From Actinomycetota bacterium (lineage in GTDB: Bacteria > Actinomycetota > Actinomycetes > S36-B12 > UBA5976), in NCBI GenBank assembly GCA_041181865.1, contig JBEGOT010000046.1, positions 1 to 39,198 on the forward strand: a stretch of 39,198 bases of DNA. Reading direction: 5' to 3'. The notes below the pieces were generated by a model. It saw nothing but the letters and a program-made list of their open reading frames with translations, was not told where the DNA came from and did no database searches. Shown here piece after piece: positions 1 to 7,187 of this stretch (positions are counted from its first letter, which is position 1; each line of letters begins with the position of its first letter). Position numbers and translations under genes: made by a program.

Positions 1-1
1 A

Positions 2-361
2 TTAGTTAAAAGCGTTGGTCATTCTGTTCGGGTTCCAGAAAAATACCAAGATGCGGTGACCGCAATTTCTGGCTCAGGTCCGGCCTACATTTTTTACGTC
101 GTTGAGGCCATGATCGAATCAGGTGTGATGCTGGGTCTGCCACGTGATGTATCAACCGAACTTGTTTATCAAACCGTTATGGGCGCAGCCACCATGCTTA
201 AGGAAACCAACACCCACCCAACGGTTTTGCGCGAGCAAGTGACCTCACCAGGTGGAACAACTGTTGCAGCTTTGCGTCAATTTGATGATTTCAAGGTTCG
301 CGCCGCATTTATGTCGGCTATGGAAGCGGCTCGTAACCGTTCCCGTGAACTTGGTAGCTAA
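2..361 (+). CDS. proC: Pyrroline-5-carboxylate reductase, C-terminal part (5' end lies outside the window)
   Basis: The frame is open from the window edge (phase of position 2) to TAA at 359-361. The translation LVKSVGHSVRVPEKYQDAVTAISGSGPAYIFYVVEAMIESGV...VTSPGGTTVAAL carries the conserved SGSGPAY and SPGGTT motifs of ProC. Confidence 0.9.
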   Translation, partial: LVKSVGHSVRVPEKYQDAVTAISGSGPAYIFYVVEAMIESGVMLGLPRDVSTELVYQTVMGAATMLKETNTHPTVLREQVTSPGGTTVAALRQFDDFKVRAAFMSAMEAARNRSRELGS

Positions 362-392
362 TTTAGGCAACTAGTTATTTTCAAATTCGACT

Positions 393-421
393 TTCACATA
401 GGTCACTTTCACCACTAGAGT
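393..421 (+). promoter_or_regulatory. Putative sigma-70/HrdB-type promoter for the HTH gene
   Basis: TTCACA (393-398), a 17-nt spacer, then TAGAGT (416-421), about 50 nt upstream of the GTG at 470. This is a motif match only. Confidence 0.3.
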
Positions 422-469
422 AAAGCCCTACGTACAAGTGTGTGAGTAACGCCGGAGGGGAAGCCGGAC

Positions 470-706
470 GTGGTAGCACACAGATTGGTCACGATTCACA
501 TGGCTGCATCGAATGAACGTCCACTGGGCGAAGTTCGTTTCTTAACAGTTGCTGAAGTTGCTTCAGCGATGCGTGTATCGAAAATGACGGTCTACCGCTT
601 AGTACACAGTGGTGAACTACCTGCAGTTCGTGTTGGTCGTTCGTTCCGTGTTCCTGAACAGGCTGTTCATGGCTACCTTCAAGATTCATTTGTTGAAGCT
701 GGTTAA
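470..706 (+). CDS. Small excisionase-family helix-turn-helix DNA-binding protein (Rv0500A-like, 78 aa)
   Basis: GTG start with a GGAGGGG Shine-Dalgarno at 454-460. The motif LTVAEVASAMRVSKMTVYRLVHSGELPAVRVGRSFRV is a typical excisionase/MerR-type HTH. The position directly downstream of proC is conserved in Actinobacteria. An in-frame ATG at 500 is an alternative start but has no SD. Confidence 0.8.
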   Translation: MVAHRLVTIHMAASNERPLGEVRFLTVAEVASAMRVSKMTVYRLVHSGELPAVRVGRSFRVPEQAVHGYLQDSFVEAG

Positions 707-725
707 TCGAATATAAGAACAAAAC

Positions 726-759
726 TAGAACTAAAAAAGAATTAGAACTAGAAATAAAA
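726..759 (+). repeat. Imperfect 17-nt A-rich tandem direct repeat (2 units)
   Basis: TAGAACTAAAAAAGAAT (726-742) and TAGAACTAGAAATAAAA (743-759) match at 13 of 17 positions, with the first 8 nt identical. The repeat lies in the spacer between the HTH gene and the bS22 gene. Confidence 0.5.
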
Positions 760-781
760 AAATCGAAAGGGCGTCTATCAA

Positions 782-874
782 GTGGGCTCCGTAGTTAAAA
801 AACGCCGTAAGCGTATGGCTAAAAAGAAGCACCGCAAGATGCTAAAAAAGACTCGTTCGAAGCGTAAGAAGTAA
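782..874 (+). CDS. 30S ribosomal protein bS22 (actinobacterial small basic ribosomal protein, 30 aa)
   Basis: Hand translation from GTG at 782 gives MGSVVKKRRKRMAKKKHRKMLKKTRSKRKK, ending at TAA 872-874. It closely resembles mycobacterial bS22 (Rv0500B-type, MGSVIKKRRKRM.KKKHRK...). It is too short to appear in the supplied ORF track. It occupies the conserved position after the HTH gene and is followed by a strong terminator. Confidence 0.85.
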   Translation: MGSVVKKRRKRMAKKKHRKMLKKTRSKRKK

Positions 875-887
875 ACAAAACTTCACT

Positions 888-929
888 AGAGAGCAGCAAG
901 TCATCAGATTTGCTGCTCTCTTATTTTTT
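888..929 (+). terminator. Rho-independent terminator
   Basis: A perfect 12-bp stem, AGAGAGCAGCAA (888-899) paired with TTGCTGCTCTCT (910-921), with a 10-nt loop, followed by TATTTTTT (922-929). Confidence 0.85.
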
Positions 930-955
930 GTTACCGTTACTTACATGGTCACCAG

Positions 956-1210
956 TTGCACAGAGGTCTTGTTTTGCAAACCCGAGTGACTCTAATTGGG
1001 CGGCCTGATTGCCATTTATGTGATGAGGCAAGAAAAACAATCGCAAATGTTTGTAACGAATTAAATGTTGACTGGCAAGAGCTCTCCATTTTGGATGACC
1101 CGAAGTTGGCGGATCAATATTTTGAATTAATTCCAGTGACACTGGTAGATGGATTGCCACATGATCAATGGAAAGTGGATCCAGCTCGGCTTAGAAAAGC
1201 CCTTAGTTAG
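956..1210 (+). CDS. Glutaredoxin-like / thioredoxin-fold protein
   Basis: The motif VTLIGRPDCHLCDEARK contains a CxxC and fits a short thioredoxin fold. The start is uncertain: TTG at 956 in the ORF track, or an in-frame GTG at 986 giving MTLIGRPDCHLC. Neither candidate has a good SD. Confidence 0.7.
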   Translation: MHRGLVLQTRVTLIGRPDCHLCDEARKTIANVCNELNVDWQELSILDDPKLADQYFELIPVTLVDGLPHDQWKVDPARLRKALS

Positions 1211-1305
1211 TGGCTTAATCAAAATGTTAAGTCACGTTAGTCACATCAGTAACACACTGATAAAAACTCTTTTTCCTAGCACGAAGGTAGGCATATATGC
1301 CAATT

Positions 1306-1333
1306 TTGACGAATTGGAATATGCGCCTAATCT
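1306..1333 (+). promoter_or_regulatory. Putative promoter upstream of rex
   Basis: TTGACG (1306-1311), a 16-nt spacer, then TAATCT (1328-1333), about 30 nt before the rex ATG. This is a motif match only. Confidence 0.25.
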
Positions 1334-1364
1334 GATCGCCATAAGCACGAAAAAGGTTGGTTGA

Positions 1365-2069
1365 ATGTCAATCGCACCAGTTGCGAAAACACCTCAAGGT
1401 GTTCGCGGTGGAATACCGGATGCGACCGTTAATCGGTTACCGATGTATCACCGTTCTCTACTCTCAATGGCAAGTCGCGGAATACTTTTAGTTTCCTCTG
1501 AAGAACTTGCAGATGTTTCTGGTGTATCAAGTGCAAAGCTTCGTAAAGATCTATCGTTCTTGGGTTCATATGGAACTCGCGGTGTTGGTTACGACGTTGA
1601 ATTCTTGCTTTACCAAATTGCTCGCGCACTAGGTCTAACCCAACAGTGGCCAGTTGTCATCGTTGGTGTTGGAAATCTGGGTCACGCATTAGCTGGGTAT
1701 CAAGGTTTTGCATCACGCGGTTTCAAAGTTGTTGGACTTTTTGATTCAGATGACACTCGTGTTGGTGAAAAAGTTTCTGTTGGCGGATCAACTGTTCCAG
1801 TCAGTTCACTAAGTGAGCTCCCGCAGATTGTTCGCATGAGCGGAGCTTCAATAGGTGTAATCGCAACACCTGAAAATTCAGCTCAAGAGGTTTGTAACGT
1901 GCTGGTACGCAATGGCGTAACCAGCATTCTTAATTTTGCACCAGTACTACTTGAAGTTCCGGCTGGTGTTGATGTGCGCCGAGTAGACCTTGGTACCGAA
2001 TTGCAGATTTTGGCATTCCATGAGCAACGCAAGTCACAACTTGCCATGAGTGAATCGAATGCTGGATAA
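1365..2069 (+). CDS. rex: Redox-sensing transcriptional repressor Rex
   Basis: An AAAGG SD lies 8 nt upstream. The winged-helix N-terminus reads IPDATVNRLPMYHRSL...LRKDLSFLGSYGTRGVGYDV. The NADH-binding Rossmann motif reads VVIVGVGNLGHALAGY. Confidence 0.95.
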   Translation: MSIAPVAKTPQGVRGGIPDATVNRLPMYHRSLLSMASRGILLVSSEELADVSGVSSAKLRKDLSFLGSYGTRGVGYDVEFLLYQIARALGLTQQWPVVIVGVGNLGHALAGYQGFASRGFKVVGLFDSDDTRVGEKVSVGGSTVPVSSLSELPQIVRMSGASIGVIATPENSAQEVCNVLVRNGVTSILNFAPVLLEVPAGVDVRRVDLGTELQILAFHEQRKSQLAMSESNAG

Positions 2070-2071
2070 CC

Positions 2072-3733
2072 ATGACAGAAATGTTAGAAATCAACGAAGA
2101 CACCTTCCCAGATAGTGATGTCACCGAAATGACCAAAGCAAGTGGGGCGATGATTGCACCAGCGAATGCTGCAGTTGGAGTTTCTTTCGTAGTTGCCGGC
2201 CCAGGCGATGCAGATCTTTTGACTGTGCGCGCACATCGTTTGCTAAGCCAAGCTGATGTAGTGCTAGTTGATCCAGATCTTGTGCTACTGGCCGAAAAAG
2301 TTTCACATGGCCAAGTTCTAATAGCCGTTGATGCCAATGGTGTTCCAATGTCACTTGTGGCGCGCACCAAAGTAATCGCTGAAGCAAACAAGATCGGTCA
2401 GCAAGTTGTTCGTTTGCTATCTGGCGACCCAGTTCTTGATGGTCGCTTAGCTCTAGAAACAGCAGCTTTAGCAGAAGCTGGTCTTAACTTCGAAGTTGCT
2501 GCCGGTGTCTCAACACTTACTGCGGTTCCAGCTCACTTGGGTATGTCACTAACTGGTGGCCGCACTCGTGAAGTTCGAATCATTGATGCTGATGTGCCAG
2601 GCATTGATTGGTCGGCACACACAGATTCGCTTGTGGCTCTTGTAATTCACAATGCCGCTGATCGCGCGCATGACATCAGCAAGTCTTTAATTAAAGCTGG
2701 ACGCGATGCGAACACACCAGTTTCAATCATTCGTGATGGTGCAACCGTTGAACAGCGTTCACTTCATTCAACACTTGAACAACTTCCAGCTGCTGTGAAA
2801 TTAGCAAAGCAATCTGGTCCAGGTCTTGTCATTATTGGTGAAGTCGCTGGCGAACGTACTTCTTGGTATGAAAATCGCCCGCTACATGGTTGGCGCGTTC
2901 TTGTTCCAAAAACAAAAGATTCAACTGAAGATCTTTGCGAACAGCTAATTACATTTGGCGCAGTTCCATTCGAGGTGCCAACAATGTCAGTTGAACCACC
3001 TCGCACACCACAACAAATGGAACGAGCAGTTCATGGTTTAGTTTCTGGTCGTTACGAATGGGTAGTTTTCACAAGCCTGAATGCTGTTCGTGCGATTCGT
3101 GAACGTTTCCAGGAATACGGACTTGATGCACGTTCACTTTCAGGTATTCGGATCGCTGCAATTGGCGCAGACACTATCGATGCATTAATCGCAATGGGTG
3201 TTCGTCCAGATTTAGTTCCAGTTGAAGAACAAACAACTGCAGCTCTGCTTGAGGAATGGCCAGAGTTTGATGAATTAGTTGATCCAATTAATCGCATCTT
3301 CTTACCGCGTGCTGACATCGCAACTGACACATTAGTAGCTGGACTTGCTGAACTAGGTTGGGAAGTTGAAGACGTAACAGCATTCCGAACAGTTCGCGCA
3401 GCACCTCCTGCTGTTGAAACTCGCGAAGCAATCAAGAGTGGTGGCTTTGATGCGGTTGTATTCACATCAAGTAGCACTGTTCGCAACTTGGTTGGTATTG
3501 CTGGTAAGCCACACCCAGCAAGCATCATTGCTTGTATTGGTCCAGCAACAGCAAAGACTGCTGAAGAACATGGTTTACGGGTTGATGTGCTTCCAGAAAA
3601 CGCCTCTATCCAAGCGCTAACTCAAGCACTTGCTGCACACGGTTACTCACTTCGTGAAGAAGCTGCTCAATCTGGCGCAGTTGGCTGGCGGCCATCACGC
3701 AAACGTTCAGCTGCTCGTCGTCGCGCAACCTGA
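2072..3733 (+). CDS. hemD: Bifunctional-type uroporphyrinogen-III C-methyltransferase-like / uroporphyrinogen-III synthase fusion (CobA-HemD, Rv0511-like)
   Basis: The N-terminal tetrapyrrole-methylase fold carries VVAGPGDADLLTVRAHRLLSQADVVLVD and LLSGDP, but has FEVAAGVS where canonical enzymes have VVPGI(T/S). The C-terminal HemD fold starts around WRVLVPKTKD and includes VVFTSLNAVRA and VVFTSSSTVRN. The ATG lies 2 nt after the rex stop. Confidence 0.85.
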   Translation: MTEMLEINEDTFPDSDVTEMTKASGAMIAPANAAVGVSFVVAGPGDADLLTVRAHRLLSQADVVLVDPDLVLLAEKVSHGQVLIAVDANGVPMSLVARTKVIAEANKIGQQVVRLLSGDPVLDGRLALETAALAEAGLNFEVAAGVSTLTAVPAHLGMSLTGGRTREVRIIDADVPGIDWSAHTDSLVALVIHNAADRAHDISKSLIKAGRDANTPVSIIRDGATVEQRSLHSTLEQLPAAVKLAKQSGPGLVIIGEVAGERTSWYENRPLHGWRVLVPKTKDSTEDLCEQLITFGAVPFEVPTMSVEPPRTPQQMERAVHGLVSGRYEWVVFTSLNAVRAIRERFQEYGLDARSLSGIRIAAIGADTIDALIAMGVRPDLVPVEEQTTAALLEEWPEFDELVDPINRIFLPRADIATDTLVAGLAELGWEVEDVTAFRTVRAAPPAVETREAIKSGGFDAVVFTSSSTVRNLVGIAGKPHPASIIACIGPATAKTAEEHGLRVDVLPENASIQALTQALAAHGYSLREEAAQSGAVGWRPSRKRSAARRRAT

Positions 3734-3735
3734 TC

Positions 3736-4383
3736 ATGAATTCCCAAGTGCGAACTACAGTTCACTTACTTCGCCATGGGGAAGTGCATAACCCTGCGAA
3801 AGTACTTTATGGTCGCCTTCCTGGCTATGTTCTTTCTAACTTAGGTCATGAAATGGCCAAGCGTGCTGGCCAAGCGTTAGCAAATAAAGATGTTGCTGCT
3901 GTTATTAGTTCACCACTTGAACGCGCTCAACAAACGGCAACTCCAGTTGCGGCAGCACACGGTTTAGAAATTGGCATTGATACAAATTTGATCGAAGCTG
4001 AAAATATTTTCGAAGGCCAACGTGTTTCGGTTGGTGACGGGGTATTGCGTCAGCCAAAAACATGGAAACATCTTTATAACCCGCTTAAACCATCTTGGGG
4101 TGAGCCTTACAAAGTTGTTGCAAGCCGCATGCGCCTTGCAGTTGATGCAGCACGTGAATTAGCGCGTGGTCACGAAGCAGTCTTGGTCAGCCATCAATTG
4201 CCGATCTGGATTAGTCGACTTGATTTTGAGGGACGTCGATTCGCACATGATCCACGCAGGCGTCAATGCAATTTAGCTTCAATCACATCACTTGTTTTTG
4301 ATGGTGATGATTTAACGGCAGTGCTTTATACCGAACCATCAGCAGATTTAATTGCTAAAGCGAGCAAGATTGCCGGTGCGTAG
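3736..4383 (+). CDS. Histidine phosphatase family protein (phosphoglycerate-mutase-like)
   Basis: The RHG catalytic motif is present (VHLLRHGEVHNP), along with SSPLERAQQTA. Its position upstream of the resA/ccdA/resB/ccsB genes is conserved in Actinobacteria. Confidence 0.85.
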   Translation: MNSQVRTTVHLLRHGEVHNPAKVLYGRLPGYVLSNLGHEMAKRAGQALANKDVAAVISSPLERAQQTATPVAAAHGLEIGIDTNLIEAENIFEGQRVSVGDGVLRQPKTWKHLYNPLKPSWGEPYKVVASRMRLAVDAARELARGHEAVLVSHQLPIWISRLDFEGRRFAHDPRRRQCNLASITSLVFDGDDLTAVLYTEPSADLIAKASKIAGA

Positions 4384-4936
4384 ATTACTTGCGCTTTTAG
4401 TTTGCATGCCACTACTTGCAGGTTGCGCATCAACAAATAGTTCTGGAACTGGCAGCGAAACTAGTTATGTTGCTGGCGATGGCACTATGACCTTAATTAA
4501 TTCAAGTGATCGCGGAGCACAAGTTAAATTAGCTGGCACAACTCTTGAAGGTGCGCCTCTTGATATCAGCACTTTCCTAGGAAAAGTTGTTGTGGTTAAC
4601 GTTTGGGCCAGTTGGTGTGGTCCATGCAGGTCTGAAGCTGCTGATTTGGAAGCGCTGTCAAAAGAATTTAGTAATAGCGATGTTCAGTTCATCGGATTAA
4701 ATACCCGTGATGGGTTGGCAGCCGCAAAAGCATTTAATAAGCGATTTGAAACTGGCTATCCATCAATTCAAGATAAAGAAGGAACGCTAACTTTAGCTTT
4801 TGGAAACTTGGGTCCAGGTGCCACGCCAACCACAATAGTTTTAGATAAAGCAGGCCGAGTTGCTGGAAGAATTTTAGGACCGATTACTCAATCACAGCTT
4901 CGGTCACTTATTAAAGCCGTTCTTGAGGATGCATAA
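4352..4936 (+). CDS. Thiol-disulfide oxidoreductase lipoprotein, TlpA/ResA family
   Basis: A lipobox (LLAGC) and a thioredoxin active site (WASWCGPCRSE) are present. The ORF-track TTG at 4352 overlaps the previous gene by 32 nt. An in-frame GTG at 4376 gives the cleaner signal peptide MRRLLALLVCMPLLAGC and is probably the true start. Confidence 0.85.
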   Translation: MLKRARLPVRRLLALLVCMPLLAGCASTNSSGTGSETSYVAGDGTMTLINSSDRGAQVKLAGTTLEGAPLDISTFLGKVVVVNVWASWCGPCRSEAADLEALSKEFSNSDVQFIGLNTRDGLAAAKAFNKRFETGYPSIQDKEGTLTLAFGNLGPGATPTTIVLDKAGRVAGRILGPITQSQLRSLIKAVLEDA

Positions 4937-4938
4937 AA

Positions 4939-5703
4939 ATGTTTTCAAGCGGAATCGTTGAAGTTGTTACAACCGGATCTTTAATTTTGGCTTTTCCACT
5001 CGCCATGACCGCAGGTGTTGTTTCATTTTTGTCACCATGCGTTCTTCCCTTGGTTCCAGGGTTTCTTTCTTATGCAGCGGGCATAGCTGGGGCTAGAGCA
5101 AATAGTAAACGAACTACGGCAACCAAGTCGCGAGCGTTTTGGGGAACTCTGCTTTTTATAATTGGTTTTTCGATTGTGTTTGTTTCATTTGGTGTTTTAT
5201 TCGGTGCACTTGGCCAAACTTTCATCAAGTATCAGCAAATAATTCAAACGCTTAGTGGCGTATTAATTATTGTGATGGGCTTGGGTTTTCTTGGTTTGAT
5301 TCCAGCATTGCAACGTGAAGTTCGCGTGCACCGAGTGCCAACTGGAACATTAGTTGGTGCGTTAGTAATGGGAATAACTTTTGGTATTGGCTGGACACCT
5401 TGTATTGGTCCAACACTTGCAGCTGTGCAAGGTATGGCTTTATCTGAAGCAAATGCAACCCGTGGAGCAATATTGAGCGCTGCATTTTGTTTCGGCTTGG
5501 GTTTACCATTTATTTTCATTGCACTGACTATGGAACGAAGCGTTAAAACAATTTCAGTTCTTCGCTCTCATTCAAAACGAATTATGCAATTCGGCGGGGC
5601 GTTATTAATCGCAATTGGTTTACTTCTAGTGACTGGTTTCTGGAATGACGTGACAATTCAATTGCGCAACTGGGCAAGTAATTGGACTGGTTGGTTGCTA
5701 TGA
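4939..5703 (+). CDS. ccdA: Cytochrome c biogenesis thiol:disulfide transporter CcdA (DsbD-core family)
   Basis: A multi-TM protein with the two conserved membrane-embedded cysteines, in FLSPCVLPLVPG and GWTPCIGPTL. Confidence 0.92.
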   Translation: MFSSGIVEVVTTGSLILAFPLAMTAGVVSFLSPCVLPLVPGFLSYAAGIAGARANSKRTTATKSRAFWGTLLFIIGFSIVFVSFGVLFGALGQTFIKYQQIIQTLSGVLIIVMGLGFLGLIPALQREVRVHRVPTGTLVGALVMGITFGIGWTPCIGPTLAAVQGMALSEANATRGAILSAAFCFGLGLPFIFIALTMERSVKTISVLRSHSKRIMQFGGALLIAIGLLLVTGFWNDVTIQLRNWASNWTGWLL

Positions 5704-7175
5704 ATTTAATTGAAAACTTACGCTGGATCTGGCGTCAATTAACCAGCATGCGCACAGCATTAATTTTGTTGTTTCTTTTGGCGCTTGCAAGTGTTCCAGG
5801 TTCGCTATTCCCACAGCGAGGAACCTCACCTTTAAGGGTTTCGCAATACCTTCGTGATCATCCAGATGCTGGTCCGATTCTTGACCGACTTCATTTATTC
5901 GATGTTTTTGCCTCACCTTGGTTTGGCGCGATTTACTTACTTCTTTTTATTTCACTCACCGGATGTGTGGTTCCACGACTTAAAGTTCACTACCAAGAAT
6001 TGCGAAGCCTGCCTCCAGAGGCACCGCGAAATTTAAATCGACTACCTGTTAATGATTCATGGGTAACTGCTGAATCAAAAGCAGAAGTATTAGCTAAGGC
6101 TCAAAAAATTTGGACCAAAGCAGGTTGGCGAATTCGCACCGGAACAGATTGGATTTCAGCCGAACGTGGGTACGCGCGTGAATCTGGAAACCTGCTTTTC
6201 CATTTAGCTTTGCTAGTTGTGTTGGTCGCAGTTGGTTTTGGAAGTGCAACAGGTTACCGAGGAACTGTTATTGTCCGTGAAGGCTCTGGTTTTGCCAACA
6301 ATGTGACGCAATACGACAGTTTTTCACCAGGCCGTAATTTCAATTCAGCAAACCTGCCACCTTTCTCATTCACTTTGAATGATTTCATGGCTGATTACCA
6401 ACGTGGTGGAATGCAAAGTGGCGCCTCACGTCAATTCGAGGCTTCAGTAACTTACAAACAAAATCCAAATTCACCTGAAGCATCAACTGTGATCGAAGTT
6501 AACAAGCCCCTACGAATTGATGGATCAACAATTTATTTGGTGGGCCACGGTTACTCACCAGAATTTATTATTCGCAATAATTCAGGAGAAATTGTTTGGC
6601 AAGATGCTGCAGTTTTCTTACCGCAAGATGGGATGTTCACTTCAACTGGCGTGGTTAAAGTCCCAGACACCGTTCCACAAGTTGGCATTCAAGGATTCTT
6701 TTTACCGACAGTTAGTGCTGACTTCAGTCGTGGCCCACGCTCAGAATTTCCGGCTGCGGATAAACCAGCTGTTTACCTAAGTGCTTGGGTTGGTGATCTT
6801 GGTTTAGATAACGGCATCCCACAAAGTGTTTACAAGCTAGACACAACAAATTTAAAGCGAATTGGTATCGAAGAACTCGCTCCGGGTGAAACGTGGCAAC
6901 TTCCAGAAAATAATGGAACGCTGGAATTTGTTGGCTTTAAAGAGTGGGCGTCATTTTCAATTACGCAAGATTATGGAAAATCATTGGCTTTAGTTGCATC
7001 AGTACTGGCGATCATTGGCTTAACTTTGTCACTTTTAATTCCGCGCAGACGAGCCTGGCTTAGGGTAAGCACATCCGAATCTGGCTTAACTTTCTGTGAA
7101 GTTGCTGGTCTTGCAAAGACTGAGGCACCTGGTTTGCCAGCAGAAATTTCAAAGTTAATATCGAGTTTGAAGTAA
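5700..7175 (+). CDS. resB: Cytochrome c biogenesis protein ResB/Ccs1 (System II)
   Basis: The N-terminus LRWIWRQLTSMRTALILLFLLALASVPGSLFPQR is the typical ResB N-terminus. It is followed by a large extracytoplasmic loop and a C-terminal TM segment. I place the start at ATG 5700, which forms an ATGA overlap with the ccdA stop. The ORF-track start at 5682 is in frame but less likely. Confidence 0.9.
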   Translation: MNLIENLRWIWRQLTSMRTALILLFLLALASVPGSLFPQRGTSPLRVSQYLRDHPDAGPILDRLHLFDVFASPWFGAIYLLLFISLTGCVVPRLKVHYQELRSLPPEAPRNLNRLPVNDSWVTAESKAEVLAKAQKIWTKAGWRIRTGTDWISAERGYARESGNLLFHLALLVVLVAVGFGSATGYRGTVIVREGSGFANNVTQYDSFSPGRNFNSANLPPFSFTLNDFMADYQRGGMQSGASRQFEASVTYKQNPNSPEASTVIEVNKPLRIDGSTIYLVGHGYSPEFIIRNNSGEIVWQDAAVFLPQDGMFTSTGVVKVPDTVPQVGIQGFFLPTVSADFSRGPRSEFPAADKPAVYLSAWVGDLGLDNGIPQSVYKLDTTNLKRIGIEELAPGETWQLPENNGTLEFVGFKEWASFSITQDYGKSLALVASVLAIIGLTLSLLIPRRRAWLRVSTSESGLTFCEVAGLAKTEAPGLPAEISKLISSLK

Positions 7176-7187
7176 GGACTTTTTCGG

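Noticed and set aside
1149-1364. A 71-aa plus-strand ORF (or a 47-aa version from ATG 1224) whose TGA abuts the rex ATG. It could be a possible upstream ORF or leader peptide.
   Set aside because: It has no SD, no recognisable domain and no membrane or signal character. Its 5' part overlaps the glutaredoxin-like gene in another frame, and the best promoter-like motif (1306-1333) lies inside it. The stop-start adjacency is most likely coincidental. Only conservation in relatives would revive it.
1211-1364. A search for an autoregulatory Rex operator upstream of rex.
   Set aside because: The best candidate is TGTTAA ... GTCACA around 1225-1246. Each half-site has a mismatch and the spacer is 9 nt instead of 4, so the arms are not in a canonical ROP arrangement.
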